IMG/VR virus record: IMGVR_UViG_3300027278_000012
Span: 8,121 to 72,120 of that record
Source of the DNA: a virus
Taxonomy: Duplodnaviria > Caudoviricetes
Length of the DNA stretch: 64,000 nucleotides
Direction: 5' to 3' (one strand)
Shown here: positions 31,214-39,709 of the stretch, piece after piece
Layout of the letters: each line of letters opens with the position of its first letter
Numbering within the stretch: position 1 is the stretch's first letter
Notes under the pieces: generated by a model
What the model saw: only the letters and a program-made list of their open reading frames with translations
Database searches by the model: none
Told to the model about the DNA's origin: nothing
Made by a program: the position numbers and the translations under genes

Positions 31214-31632
31214 TGGTAACAAGTGCACAAGCTTTAAAGAAATACGGAGACCCAACTAAAGAATCTAGTATGACATTATGGGATGTACCAAAAGAATTAG
31301 AAATTGGTGTACTCCCTAAGAGATTGTATTGTAATAAAGATATGATCCTACCATTAACGAAAGCTTTTAAAAATCTTATATCTACAGGATGTGTTAAAGA
31401 ATTAAAAACTTGGGATGGATGTTTCAATATAAGAAAGAAAAGAGGACTTGCATCAATGTCATTACATTCATGGGGAATAGCTATTGATGTAAACGCTGCA
31501 TGGAATGGATTAAACAAGGAGCCACAATTGAGTAAAGAGTTTGTTAATTGTTTTACATTAGCAGGATTTGATTGGGGTGGAACTTGGACTGGTAGGGTCG
31601 ATGGTATGCATTTTCAGTTAAAGACTATATAA
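31213..31632 (+). CDS. Endolysin, peptidase M15 family
   Basis: SLHSWGIAIDVN ... FDWGGTW ... DGMHFQL. Confidence 0.85.
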   Translation: MVTSAQALKKYGDPTKESSMTLWDVPKELEIGVLPKRLYCNKDMILPLTKAFKNLISTGCVKELKTWDGCFNIRKKRGLASMSLHSWGIAIDVNAAWNGLNKEPQLSKEFVNCFTLAGFDWGGTWTGRVDGMHFQLKTI

Positions 31633-32153
31633 TGAAAAATAGAGAAGGTTATAGAGTATGTTCTTGTTGTAAGAAAGAACAAGAGCTTATTTCTACTAAC
31701 TTCTGTTCAGATAAAAACAGAAAATCTGGATTTTCTTATAGATGTAAAAAATGTGATGCTATTAAAAAAGATAATAGAAAAGAAAGATATAAAAAACTAT
31801 CTGAAGAACAGAAAGAAGTATATAAAAGTAAAAATAGAAAATATACATCGGAAGGTTTGGGAAGAGCAACTTCACTAATATGTGCTTATAGAAAAGTAGA
31901 TAAGAAAAAAGGACAAGTTTGTAATTTAGATAGAGAGTTTATGATGACTCAAATTTTTAATAAGTCTTGTATTTACTGCAAGTCTATACAAAATATAGGT
32001 TGTGATAGAATTGATAACACTATAGGACATATAAAAACAAATGTAGTACCTTGTTGCAGAATTTGTAATACAACAAGAATGAATAATTTTTCACATGAAG
32101 AAATGTTTTTATTAGGAGAAGTTATTCAGAAGATTAATAAAAACAAAAAATAA
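31632..32153 (+). mobile_element. Free-standing HNH-type homing endonuclease
   Basis: N-terminal CxxC...CxxC finger and CIYC...CDRIDNTIGHIKTNVVPCCRICN core. Confidence 0.75.
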
Positions 32154-32608
32154 TGAGAAGATGTAATGATGTATATGAAATAGTAACTGTTTACTATCCC
32201 ACTGGCTGTGTTAATACAACTAGTACACCTACATCAACTACAACAACTACATTACCACCAACTACTACCACAACAAGTAGTTCCACTAGCACTAGCACAA
32301 GTACATCAACATCTACATCAACAAGTAGTACAACTACAACCACAACAACAAGTAATTATAATTCATATAATTATCAAGCACAATATTATGATTGTGATAC
32401 ATGTGTTAATATTGGAGGACTATCTTTAGCTAATATTGAACCTTTAACAGTTGGAAAGTGGTATAATTATACTAATAGTATTACTAACATTTCAAGAAAA
32501 GTACAAATAGTTACATATCTAGGACCTAGTTTAAGTTCACCTAATACTATTATATTAGATTCAACTAAACAAGATACATGTGGTGCACTGCCACCATGTC
32601 CAGAATAA
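32153..32608 (+). CDS. Mucin-like Thr/Ser-rich protein with Cys-containing C-terminal domain
   Basis: About 45-residue T/S tract; TAATG coupling. Confidence 0.65.
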   Translation: MRRCNDVYEIVTVYYPTGCVNTTSTPTSTTTTTLPPTTTTTSSSTSTSTSTSTSTSTSSTTTTTTTSNYNSYNYQAQYYDCDTCVNIGGLSLANIEPLTVGKWYNYTNSITNISRKVQIVTYLGPSLSSPNTIILDSTKQDTCGALPPCPE

Positions 32609-32621
32609 ATAATTTAAAACC

Positions 32622-32759
32622 ATGGCAAAACAAACCAATTCAGTACAAAAGAGAGTGAAGGTTAAAATAAGTAGACCAGGCATTCATTCTAAAAACAAAA
32701 CATCTAAACTTAAATCTTCCAAGAATTACAAAAAAAGTTATTCTGGGCAAGGTAGATAA
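32622..32759 (+). CDS. Small basic protein (45 aa, ...SKNYKKSYSGQGR)
   Basis: Read by hand, below the track cutoff; fills the gap between genes. Confidence 0.6.
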   Translation: MAKQTNSVQKRVKVKISRPGIHSKNKTSKLKSSKNYKKSYSGQGR

Positions 32760-32814
32760 CTTTTTTGATTATTTTAATTCATTAACAATCATGTATGTTT
32801 ACATAAATTATTCA

Positions 32815-32822
32815 TATTTTTG
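32815..32822 (+). promoter_or_regulatory. -7 box TATTTTTG
   Basis: Exact TAnnTTTG about 25 nt before ATG 32847. Confidence 0.45.
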
Positions 32823-32846
32823 TAACTACCAAACAAACAATCAATT

Positions 32847-32990
32847 ATGGCAATACCAGCTAAACAAGTCGGACAATCAGCGGAAGCTAATCTATTGTGG
32901 CAAATATCTAAGCAGTTGGAACTTTTAATTAAAGTGACAGCAGCTGGTGTAATCACTACCACCACTACTACAACTACAGCAGCACCATAA
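32847..32990 (+). CDS. 47-aa protein: MAIPxKQ leader plus poly-Thr tail
   Basis: MAIPAKQVGQSAEANLLWQISKQLELLIKVTAAGVITTTTTTTTAAP; paralogous to the N-terminus of the next gene. Confidence 0.75.
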   Translation: MAIPAKQVGQSAEANLLWQISKQLELLIKVTAAGVITTTTTTTTAAP

Positions 32991-33000
32991 TAATATAAAA

Positions 33001-33726
33001 ATGGCTATACCAAGTAAACAAATAGGTGGAAGTATAAACTATAATCTTCTTTGGCAGATATCTAAGCAATTAGAAAGATTAATTGAAGTTAGATCAAATG
33101 TTACTACATCTACTACTAGCACATCAACAAGTACAACCACTAGCACAACTACATTAGATCCTAATCTTATACCTATAGGTACCCAAATATGGACTAATAG
33201 AAACCTTGATGTTACAACATATAGAAATGGTGATGTGATTCCTCAAGTAACAGATCCAACTGCTTGGGGAGCATTAACAACTGGTGCCTGGTGTTATTAC
33301 AACAATGACCCTACAAATAATGCAGTTTATGGTAAATTATACAATTGGTATGCTGTTAACGATGCAAGAGGATTAGCACCTTTAGGCTATCATATACCTT
33401 TAAATAGTGAGTGGACAACATTGATTTCATTTTTAGGAGGGACAAGTATTGCAGGAGGGAAAATGAAATCAACAGGAACGTCACTTTGGCTAAGTCCTAA
33501 TACTAATGCAACAAACTCTAGCGGTTTTACAGGTCTTCCTGGAGGTTATCGCGTCAGTGATGGTAGTATATTCTACGGCATTGGTGAGACCGTTTACTGG
33601 TGGACTTTTTCGCAGTCCAATATTATAAACGCAGTGACCAGGTTCCTGGTTTACTATGCTGGTGCTATTAGTGTTACCACCTACGATAAGAAAGGTGGTT
33701 TCCCAGTAAGATTAATAAAAGATTAA
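33001..33726 (+). CDS. MAIPxKQ leader, Thr/Ser linker and Fibrobacter succinogenes major domain (Fib_succ_major/FISUMP)
   Basis: IGTQIWTNRNLDVTTYRNGD ... YGKLYNWYAV ... GFTGLPGGYR ... GFPVRLIKD. Confidence 0.85.
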   Translation: MAIPSKQIGGSINYNLLWQISKQLERLIEVRSNVTTSTTSTSTSTTTSTTTLDPNLIPIGTQIWTNRNLDVTTYRNGDVIPQVTDPTAWGALTTGAWCYYNNDPTNNAVYGKLYNWYAVNDARGLAPLGYHIPLNSEWTTLISFLGGTSIAGGKMKSTGTSLWLSPNTNATNSSGFTGLPGGYRVSDGSIFYGIGETVYWWTFSQSNIINAVTRFLVYYAGAISVTTYDKKGGFPVRLIKD

Positions 33727-33748
33727 AAACATAATAAACCAACTACAT

Positions 33749-34765
33749 ATGAAAGATTTAAAATTTGTACAAAGCTGCCCAAGTGATGTATATTACACAT
33801 GGCAAGTGCATTTATGGCTTGAGAGCTTAAGAAACATTGGACATAGTGATAAAGCTATATCAGTGATATTCACACCCAAGGGGAGAGAGAATAGAGACAA
33901 ATGGAAACAGATAGAAGACCTCTATCCAGAATCAGAGTTTCATTATTATAATGATGAAGACAATTTAAATCAACTGTTAGGAATATACATTCCTGTACTA
34001 AGACCATATGTACTTTGGAAACATTTTAAAGCTAATCCAGAACTAAGTGAGAAAGCAATATTCTATTGTGATTCAGATATTCTATTCACTAAAGATTTTA
34101 ATGTAGACAAGTTCTTAGATGATGAGGTTAATTATCTATCTGATACAAACAGCTACATCAATGCTACATATTTTGATAGTAAAGAAAGAGATGTTCTCCC
34201 AGAGAAGCTAGAAGCATACAAAACAAGAGATGTTCTTGGAGAAATAGCTAGTGTTATTGGTATAGATAGAGCAACATGTGAAGCTAACAACCTACACTCA
34301 GGAGGAGCACAATATCTACTAAAGAATGTAGATGGTGAGTTCTGGAGTAAGGTGATGAATGATTGCATTCTTATTAGAACCTATTTACAAACAGTGAATA
34401 GAGAATATTTTAAAGATGAGAATACAGGTTATCAATCATGGTGTGCAGATATGTGGGCTGTTCTTTGGAACTTATGGTTTAGAGAACAAGAAACAAAAGT
34501 GGTTCCTGAACTAGCATTTACCTGGGCAACAGATCCTATATCTAAACTAGACAGTCATACAATCTTTCATAATGCAGGAATAACAGGAGTATCAATGAAT
34601 GGATATCCTTGTTTCTACAAAGGAAAATATCATCAAGGGACTGATCCTACAAAGGATCCACATTTAGATGATGTATTAAATAACATAGAATCACAGAAGT
34701 ATTGCACATGGTTCTATGCAAACGAACTTAACAACATAAAACAAAAATATAAACTTAATTATTAA
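33749..34765 (+). CDS. GT-A glycosyltransferase resembling plant peptidyl-Ser/Hyp O-glycosyltransferases (GT96/GT95-like)
   Basis: YYTWQVHLWLES, YIPVLRPY, YCDSDILF (DxD), SGGAQY, SWCADMWAV follow the motif order of SGT1/HPAT. Confidence 0.6.
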   Translation: MKDLKFVQSCPSDVYYTWQVHLWLESLRNIGHSDKAISVIFTPKGRENRDKWKQIEDLYPESEFHYYNDEDNLNQLLGIYIPVLRPYVLWKHFKANPELSEKAIFYCDSDILFTKDFNVDKFLDDEVNYLSDTNSYINATYFDSKERDVLPEKLEAYKTRDVLGEIASVIGIDRATCEANNLHSGGAQYLLKNVDGEFWSKVMNDCILIRTYLQTVNREYFKDENTGYQSWCADMWAVLWNLWFREQETKVVPELAFTWATDPISKLDSHTIFHNAGITGVSMNGYPCFYKGKYHQGTDPTKDPHLDDVLNNIESQKYCTWFYANELNNIKQKYKLNY

Positions 34766-34782
34766 TAACAAAAACAATTATC

Positions 34783-34992
34783 ATGAGTAACAAGAGAGAC
34801 CTTAAGGCCTATGTAAGATTCGATGGATCTGGCAGAATTGTAGCAGGAAGTTTAGTTCTAAGAAGAAGTAAACCAAAGGTTGGTAAGTGGCAAGAAATTA
34901 CAGCATATGAATGTTGTAACTATACACCTACCACTACCACCACAACAACAGCAGCTCCTACAACAACTACAACAACAACCCCTGCACCTTAA
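34783..34992 (+). CDS. Small protein with poly-Thr/Pro tail
   Basis: 69 aa ending CCNYTPTTTTTTTAAPTTTTTTTPAP. Confidence 0.7.
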   Translation: MSNKRDLKAYVRFDGSGRIVAGSLVLRRSKPKVGKWQEITAYECCNYTPTTTTTTTAAPTTTTTTTPAP

Positions 34993-35002
34993 TATTTAAA
35001 TT

Positions 35003-35416
35003 ATGGCAATGAAATCACTATTCCCAGATGAAATGATGGGAGATAAAGGCTCTAGTCTTACATTAGAGACTATTGCAGGAAAGCTAACTTATTTTCATGA
35101 GCAGCTACATTTAACTCATTGGCAAACTAAATCATATGCAGAACATCAAGCTACTGGAGCATTGTATGATTATGTGCACGATTTCAAAGATGGATTGATA
35201 GAGAAGATTATGGGATATACAGGTAAAAGACCTGGTCCATATAAAATAGAACCTCTTATAAACTGTACAGGAATGCAATGTGCATCAGATCTTTTATCTT
35301 TTGCTTCAGAGTTAAAAGCATATGGTGAAAAGAATTCCTATCATGATGTATGTAATCTAGCAGATTCATTATCTGGAGAAGCAGCTAAAACTAAATACCT
35401 ATTAACACTGTCTTAA
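35003..35416 (+). CDS. Ferritin-like protein (DUF5856-like)
   Basis: LHLTHWQTKSYAEHQA...DGLIE...YLLTL pattern. Confidence 0.65.
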   Translation: MAMKSLFPDEMMGDKGSSLTLETIAGKLTYFHEQLHLTHWQTKSYAEHQATGALYDYVHDFKDGLIEKIMGYTGKRPGPYKIEPLINCTGMQCASDLLSFASELKAYGEKNSYHDVCNLADSLSGEAAKTKYLLTLS

Positions 35417-35704
35417 ATGCTTGTAAATAAAAAACATTTTCCAAAATTGATGCAAGATAATGATGAAACATTTCTTGCTCATTTGGAAGGTGTAATAAGC
35501 TCTGTTGATGAACTGTGTAGTCTGGAGATAACAAAGCTCTCAGACAGCTATAGATTTAGAATAGCAGCAAGCCTTCCTAAGTATAACAATATGCTTATAG
35601 AAGAAGTATTAAAATTTTGCAACATGTTCAACATAAGAGTTGATATGAGCAAAAGCATCAAGACTAGTTCTGTAATAACATTTGAAATTAGTTTGGAAGT
35701 GTAA
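35417..35704 (+). CDS. Hypothetical protein
   Basis: 95-aa ORF abutting the upstream stop. Confidence 0.6.
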   Translation: MLVNKKHFPKLMQDNDETFLAHLEGVISSVDELCSLEITKLSDSYRFRIAASLPKYNNMLIEEVLKFCNMFNIRVDMSKSIKTSSVITFEISLEV

Positions 35705-35723
35705 CATATTTGTTATACATTTG
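35692..35723 (+). promoter_or_regulatory. Bacteroidota-type promoter (-33 TTTG, -7 TACATTTG)
   Basis: TTTG at 35692-35695, 20-nt spacer, TACATTTG at 35716-35723. Confidence 0.65.
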
Positions 35724-35755
35724 TTACAATTATAAACCAATTAAATATTTACATT

Positions 35756-36010
35756 ATGGCAGAGTATAATCCTAACGCTAGGTATACATGGACTCCTGAA
35801 GACAAGTTTGAATTATCAGGACAAGAATTTGGTCTAATCCTTAATATGGTAAGATCTTATTTAGCATCAGAAGATGGCGCACGTTTTCAATTGATGTCTC
35901 AAACTAACGAAGTTATTGAGAAAATCATGAAAGCTGGTGTTGAAGCAGATGTTATCAAGGAAGTCCTTGACACTCCTACAGAAGCTCTAGAAGCTGAAGT
36001 GATGCAGTAA
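35756..36010 (+). CDS. Hypothetical acidic protein
   Basis: 84-aa ORF after the promoter. Confidence 0.65.
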   Translation: MAEYNPNARYTWTPEDKFELSGQEFGLILNMVRSYLASEDGARFQLMSQTNEVIEKIMKAGVEADVIKEVLDTPTEALEAEVMQ

Positions 36011-36069
36011 ATCACAACATACCTGTTGGGTGACGAATAACAGGTGTTCTCGAACAAAAGCACTTCTCT

Positions 36070-36273
36070 ATGAGAATATACGAACCAAAGAATAGAATAG
36101 ATGTTATAACACCTAAGGGAGAGGGGGTAATATGGTTAGTGACTGATTATGGTCATGAAACTGATACTATCTATACAATTATTATTAATACAACAGGTGA
36201 GATGTGGCAATACGCTCACAAAGATATAATCGTTAAACCTAATATAACATTTAAACGCTATGGCAAAGATTAA
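36070..36273 (+). CDS. Hypothetical protein (SH3-like small beta fold possible)
   Basis: 67-aa ORF, VITPKGEGVIW...GEMW. Confidence 0.55.
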   Translation: MRIYEPKNRIDVITPKGEGVIWLVTDYGHETDTIYTIIINTTGEMWQYAHKDIIVKPNITFKRYGKD

Positions 36274-36694
36274 AAAAGCACAAACAGGTAAAAAATTAAC
36301 TGTTTCTAAAACTAGACAAGTAGCAGATTCTTTAGATAATGAAGCAGCTAGAAAAACTAGATTGATGTATAGACAAACTGAACAAAATAAAGGACAAGCT
36401 ACAGATGAATCTGTAAAAAACTACAAGTCATCATCAAAAGATAAATCTAATGCAGATCGTTATAGAAAACTAGCAGATGCAGCTGAAAAGAAAAATAAAA
36501 TGAAAAATGGTGGAAGTCTAACTGGACTTAAAGCCTCCAACAAAAGAGTTGGTCCTGTAGATCCTAAAGGAGCATACACAAAGGTACAAAAGAAAACATT
36601 AGCTGGTGCTAAAGGAAAAGCTTCTCTTACCAAAGACAAACAACTTGGTGCTACAAAAATGGCTAAATGTGGAACTAAAATGTCTAAGAAATAA
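36260..36694 (+). CDS. Small Lys-rich protein (KKAQTG family)
   Basis: Starts MAKIKKAQTG; highly basic. Confidence 0.7.
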   Translation: MAKIKKAQTGKKLTVSKTRQVADSLDNEAARKTRLMYRQTEQNKGQATDESVKNYKSSSKDKSNADRYRKLADAAEKKNKMKNGGSLTGLKASNKRVGPVDPKGAYTKVQKKTLAGAKGKASLTKDKQLGATKMAKCGTKMSKK

Positions 36695-37044
36695 TGGCTG
36701 CTATTAAGAAAGCGCAGACTGGTAAGCGTGTAGATCCTAAAAAATATTTAGAAGAATCTCGTAAGAGAGTTGAGACTGTTACAGATTCTGCTAGAAAAGC
36801 TGAAACACGTAAAGGTATCAATACTTATGACGATTACTTAAAGTCTAAAGTTAAAGAAAAATCTAAAGCTAAATCAGGAGTTACTATAGCCAAAGATGGT
36901 ATGTGGATGCAAAAAGCTGCAGCATCTATCAAGAAGCGTGGTACTGCTGGTAAATGTACACCTATCACTAAACCTGGTTGTACTGGTAAGGCCAAGACTC
37001 TTGCTAAAACTTTCAAAAAAATTGCTAAGAAAAATAAGAAATAA
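36694..37044 (+). CDS. Small Lys-rich protein (KKAQTG family)
   Basis: Starts MAAIKKAQTG; C-terminal KCTPITKPGC. Confidence 0.7.
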   Translation: MAAIKKAQTGKRVDPKKYLEESRKRVETVTDSARKAETRKGINTYDDYLKSKVKEKSKAKSGVTIAKDGMWMQKAAASIKKRGTAGKCTPITKPGCTGKAKTLAKTFKKIAKKNKK

Positions 37045-37286
37045 TGGCAAAGAATATAACTAAGGTTCCTGATGGTCCTCTTATTAAGAAGACAGGAAAA
37101 TTCAAAGGAAGTACATTGAAAGCTGGTGGTATGATTAAACGTGCTGATGGTTCTTTTTCTAAACGTGGATTATGGGATAATTTGAGAAGCAAAGCAGCTC
37201 AGAATAAAAAAACTGGTGCAAAACCTAAAGCTCCTACTAAAGCAATGTTGACTCAGGAGAAAAAAATAAAGTCTAAAGGAAAATGA
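37044..37286 (+). CDS. Small Lys-rich protein
   Basis: KAGGMIKRADGSFSKRGLWDN; TAATG coupling. Confidence 0.65.
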   Translation: MAKNITKVPDGPLIKKTGKFKGSTLKAGGMIKRADGSFSKRGLWDNLRSKAAQNKKTGAKPKAPTKAMLTQEKKIKSKGK

Positions 37287-37906
37287 TATTAGATATTAGT
37301 AATGAGCATAAACAAAAATACTTTTCTCAGAAAGAGAAAGGAGGAGTTGTTTATAAAATCACTAATCAAATTGATGGTAAGTTCTATATAGGAAGTACAA
37401 ACAATTTGATAAAAAGATATTACACTCATATTAATCATATAAGAACTAGTAAATCTACATGTGTAAAACTAATTAGAGCAGTTAATAAGCATGGAGAAGA
37501 TAACTTCACATTTGAAATTTTATGTGAATGTTCTACTCAAGAAATACTAAAGACTGAACAAAGTTATATAGATAGTTTAAATCCTACTTATAACATTGCT
37601 AAGATTGCTGGAAGTAATCTTGGAATCAAAAGAACAGAAGAAGTTAAGCTTAAAAAATCTATATCTCAAAAAGAAAATTGGAAAGATGATGATTATAGAA
37701 GTAAGCATTTAAAAAATTTATCAAAGAATTGGAAAAGTGGAGCTTCTCATAGAATGGCTAAGCTTACAGAAAAACAAGTAATTGAAATTAAAAAACAATT
37801 AGCAAGTGGTCTTCTTCCTAAACAGGTAGCAGACAAACTTGAACTTAGTTATTACTCTATAAAAGATATTCATAGAGGAAAGACTTGGAAAAATATAAAT
37901 ATTTAA
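37283..37906 (+). mobile_element. Free-standing GIY-YIG homing endonuclease
   Basis: GVVYKITNQIDGKFYIGS...R..H...E...YN core plus NUMOD-like and HTH C-terminus. Confidence 0.85.
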
Positions 37907-37918
37907 AACTAAGAAATA

Positions 37919-38188
37919 ATGGCAACAGCAGCATGGACTCGTAAAGAAGGAAAGAATCCTTCTGGCGGATTAAACAAAAAGGGTGTAGCTTCATATAGAG
38001 CTGCTAATCCTGGTAGTAAATTAAAAATGGCTGTTACAACTAAACCTTCTAAACTTAAACCTGGAAGTAAGTCTGCTAACAGAAGAAAATCTTTTTGTGC
38101 TAGAATGGGTGGCGTAAAAGGACCTATGAAGAAACCCAGTGGTAAACCTACACGTAAAGCATTAGCATTAAAAAAATGGAACTGTTAA
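37919..38188 (+). CDS. DUF6321-like small basic phage protein
   Basis: WTRKEGKNPSGGLNKKG...RRKSFCARM...ALKKWNC. Confidence 0.7.
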   Translation: MATAAWTRKEGKNPSGGLNKKGVASYRAANPGSKLKMAVTTKPSKLKPGSKSANRRKSFCARMGGVKGPMKKPSGKPTRKALALKKWNC

Positions 38189-38252
38189 ACAAAAATGGGA
38201 AGCCTGGTCCTCCCCCTCCTCCTGGATTATAACAACTAAACAATAATATATT

Positions 38253-38813
38253 ATGGCAACAATAAAAAAAGCACAAAGCGGTGCTAAAACTACTAAAAAA
38301 CCTAAAACTGTTTCTCAAAGAATTGGAGACATAACATTAAGAGATGTTAAAAATGCTGGCGAAGATGCCTTGAATATTTCTACACTTGGAGGTTATAGTA
38401 AAGTTAAAAAAGCTCTTGGAGGTGAATATAAATATAAAAAAATAGGAGAAAAAAAGAACGGTGGTCCTGTCAAAGCTAAAAATGGTAAATCATTCCCTGA
38501 TCTTAATAAAGATGGAAAGGTTACAAAAGCAGACATCCTTAAAGGACGTGGTGTTATAGCTAAGAAAGGTGCTACAATTAAGAAAGCACAATCTGGTATT
38601 AATACATTATTACCTGGTGGGTATGCTCCTAAATCAAGAGAAGAAAGATACAACAACTATCCTAGTACAAAACCTAAACCTAAAGCTAAACCTAAAGCTA
38701 AATCTACTATTGAAGAAGCAACTCCTGAACAAGTAAAAAAATATGGAATGATGGGTTCACAACAGGCTAAATCAGGAGCTAAAATGAAAAAATGTAAAAC
38801 TGGTTGTAAATAA
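38253..38813 (+). CDS. Lys-rich protein (KKAQSG family) with an EF-hand/dockerin-like loop
   Basis: Two KKAQSG copies; FPDLNKDGKVTKADIL. Confidence 0.7.
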   Translation: MATIKKAQSGAKTTKKPKTVSQRIGDITLRDVKNAGEDALNISTLGGYSKVKKALGGEYKYKKIGEKKNGGPVKAKNGKSFPDLNKDGKVTKADILKGRGVIAKKGATIKKAQSGINTLLPGGYAPKSREERYNNYPSTKPKPKAKPKAKSTIEEATPEQVKKYGMMGSQQAKSGAKMKKCKTGCK

Positions 38814-38974
38814 TGACTTCTGGTAAAGCAAAGAAATCAGGAGCACCAAGAAAAGCTCCTAAGGTTGGAATTCCTAGAAAGGATAAACCTTTTTCAAAGA
38901 CTAAGTCAATGGATGATAAAGCTATTAGAACTTCTCCGCAACAACCAATGAAGCAAAAGAGATTATCAAAATAA
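38813..38974 (+). CDS. Small basic protein (53 aa)
   Basis: Read by hand: MTSGKAKKSGAPRKAPK...; TAATG overlap, ends just before the terminator. Confidence 0.6.
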   Translation: MTSGKAKKSGAPRKAPKVGIPRKDKPFSKTKSMDDKAIRTSPQQPMKQKRLSK

Positions 38975-39007
38975 AAGAAAGCCCTTCTATTTCTAGAGGG
39001 GCTTCTT
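38975..39007. terminator. Bidirectional terminator at the convergence of the two genome halves
   Basis: GCCCTTCTA-TTTC-TAGAGGGGC stem flanked by A-rich and T-rich tracts. Confidence 0.8.
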
Positions 39008-39079
39008 CATTTAATAGAATTGTAGTTCTATTAGCCAACATTTATTTGTTTTCACGAAGTTCAAATATACAACATTTAT

Positions 39080-39709
39080 TTATATATTATTTAATTTTTT
39101 TAATTTACTTCCCCAAGATGATATCCCTGAAGCATGATTTAAATAGTATTCCCATTCTTCTGGTATCTCATTCAAATACCAAGGGACATGCTTGATACAA
39201 TAAGGCTTATCTAATCTGATTGCTTTATATGTGAACGGTGAGTTAGGTGGATACAATGCAAATGTAGTATCTATATCAGCAATCCAACCATGTTCATTTT
39301 TGTTAATCCAAAACTTACTCTCCCACTCTATTATATTCTGTTTTAGAGGTGTTTCAGGAAGATCTAAATCTAAAGAGAATCCAACCTTCACATTGTTTTT
39401 TGCAATGTTTAACATTACATCTAACCAATCATCTGGAACTCCTTCATAAGAACAATCTGAATCAGCTATTATAAAATAATCTGTCAAGTGTTGTTTTAAA
39501 TCATTTCCCCAAACACTATGAGGACCTCCATTCACTTTAGAATATACAATCTCTACAGGACAAGTTTTATAGTATTCTAATAATGGTGGGTATGTAGATT
39601 GTTGATCATATATAATCACATCTATTCTACTCTCTTTAGATAAGAACTCTACTGTTTCTTTTAATGTAGTTAGAAGATTTCTATTTACTATTATTGCTTT
39701 CACTGACAA
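39080..39709 (-). CDS. GT2-like glycosyltransferase
   Basis: IIVNRN...VIIYDQQSTYPPL...YFIIADSD (DxD). Confidence 0.7.
   Translation of the reverse strand: MSVKAIIVNRNLLTTLKETVEFLSKESRIDVIIYDQQSTYPPLLEYYKTCPVEIVYSKVNGGPHSVWGNDLKQHLTDYFIIADSDCSYEGVPDDWLDVMLNIAKNNVKVGFSLDLDLPETPLKQNIIEWESKFWINKNEHGWIADIDTTFALYPPNSPFTYKAIRLDKPYCIKHVPWYLNEIPEEWEYYLNHASGISSWGSKLKKLNNI

Noticed and set aside
38925-39041. 38-aa minus-strand ORF MLANRTTILL...VAEKF as a type I toxin
   Set aside because: It runs through the terminator and antisense over a plausible plus-strand gene; the hydrophobicity follows from the A-rich opposite strand.
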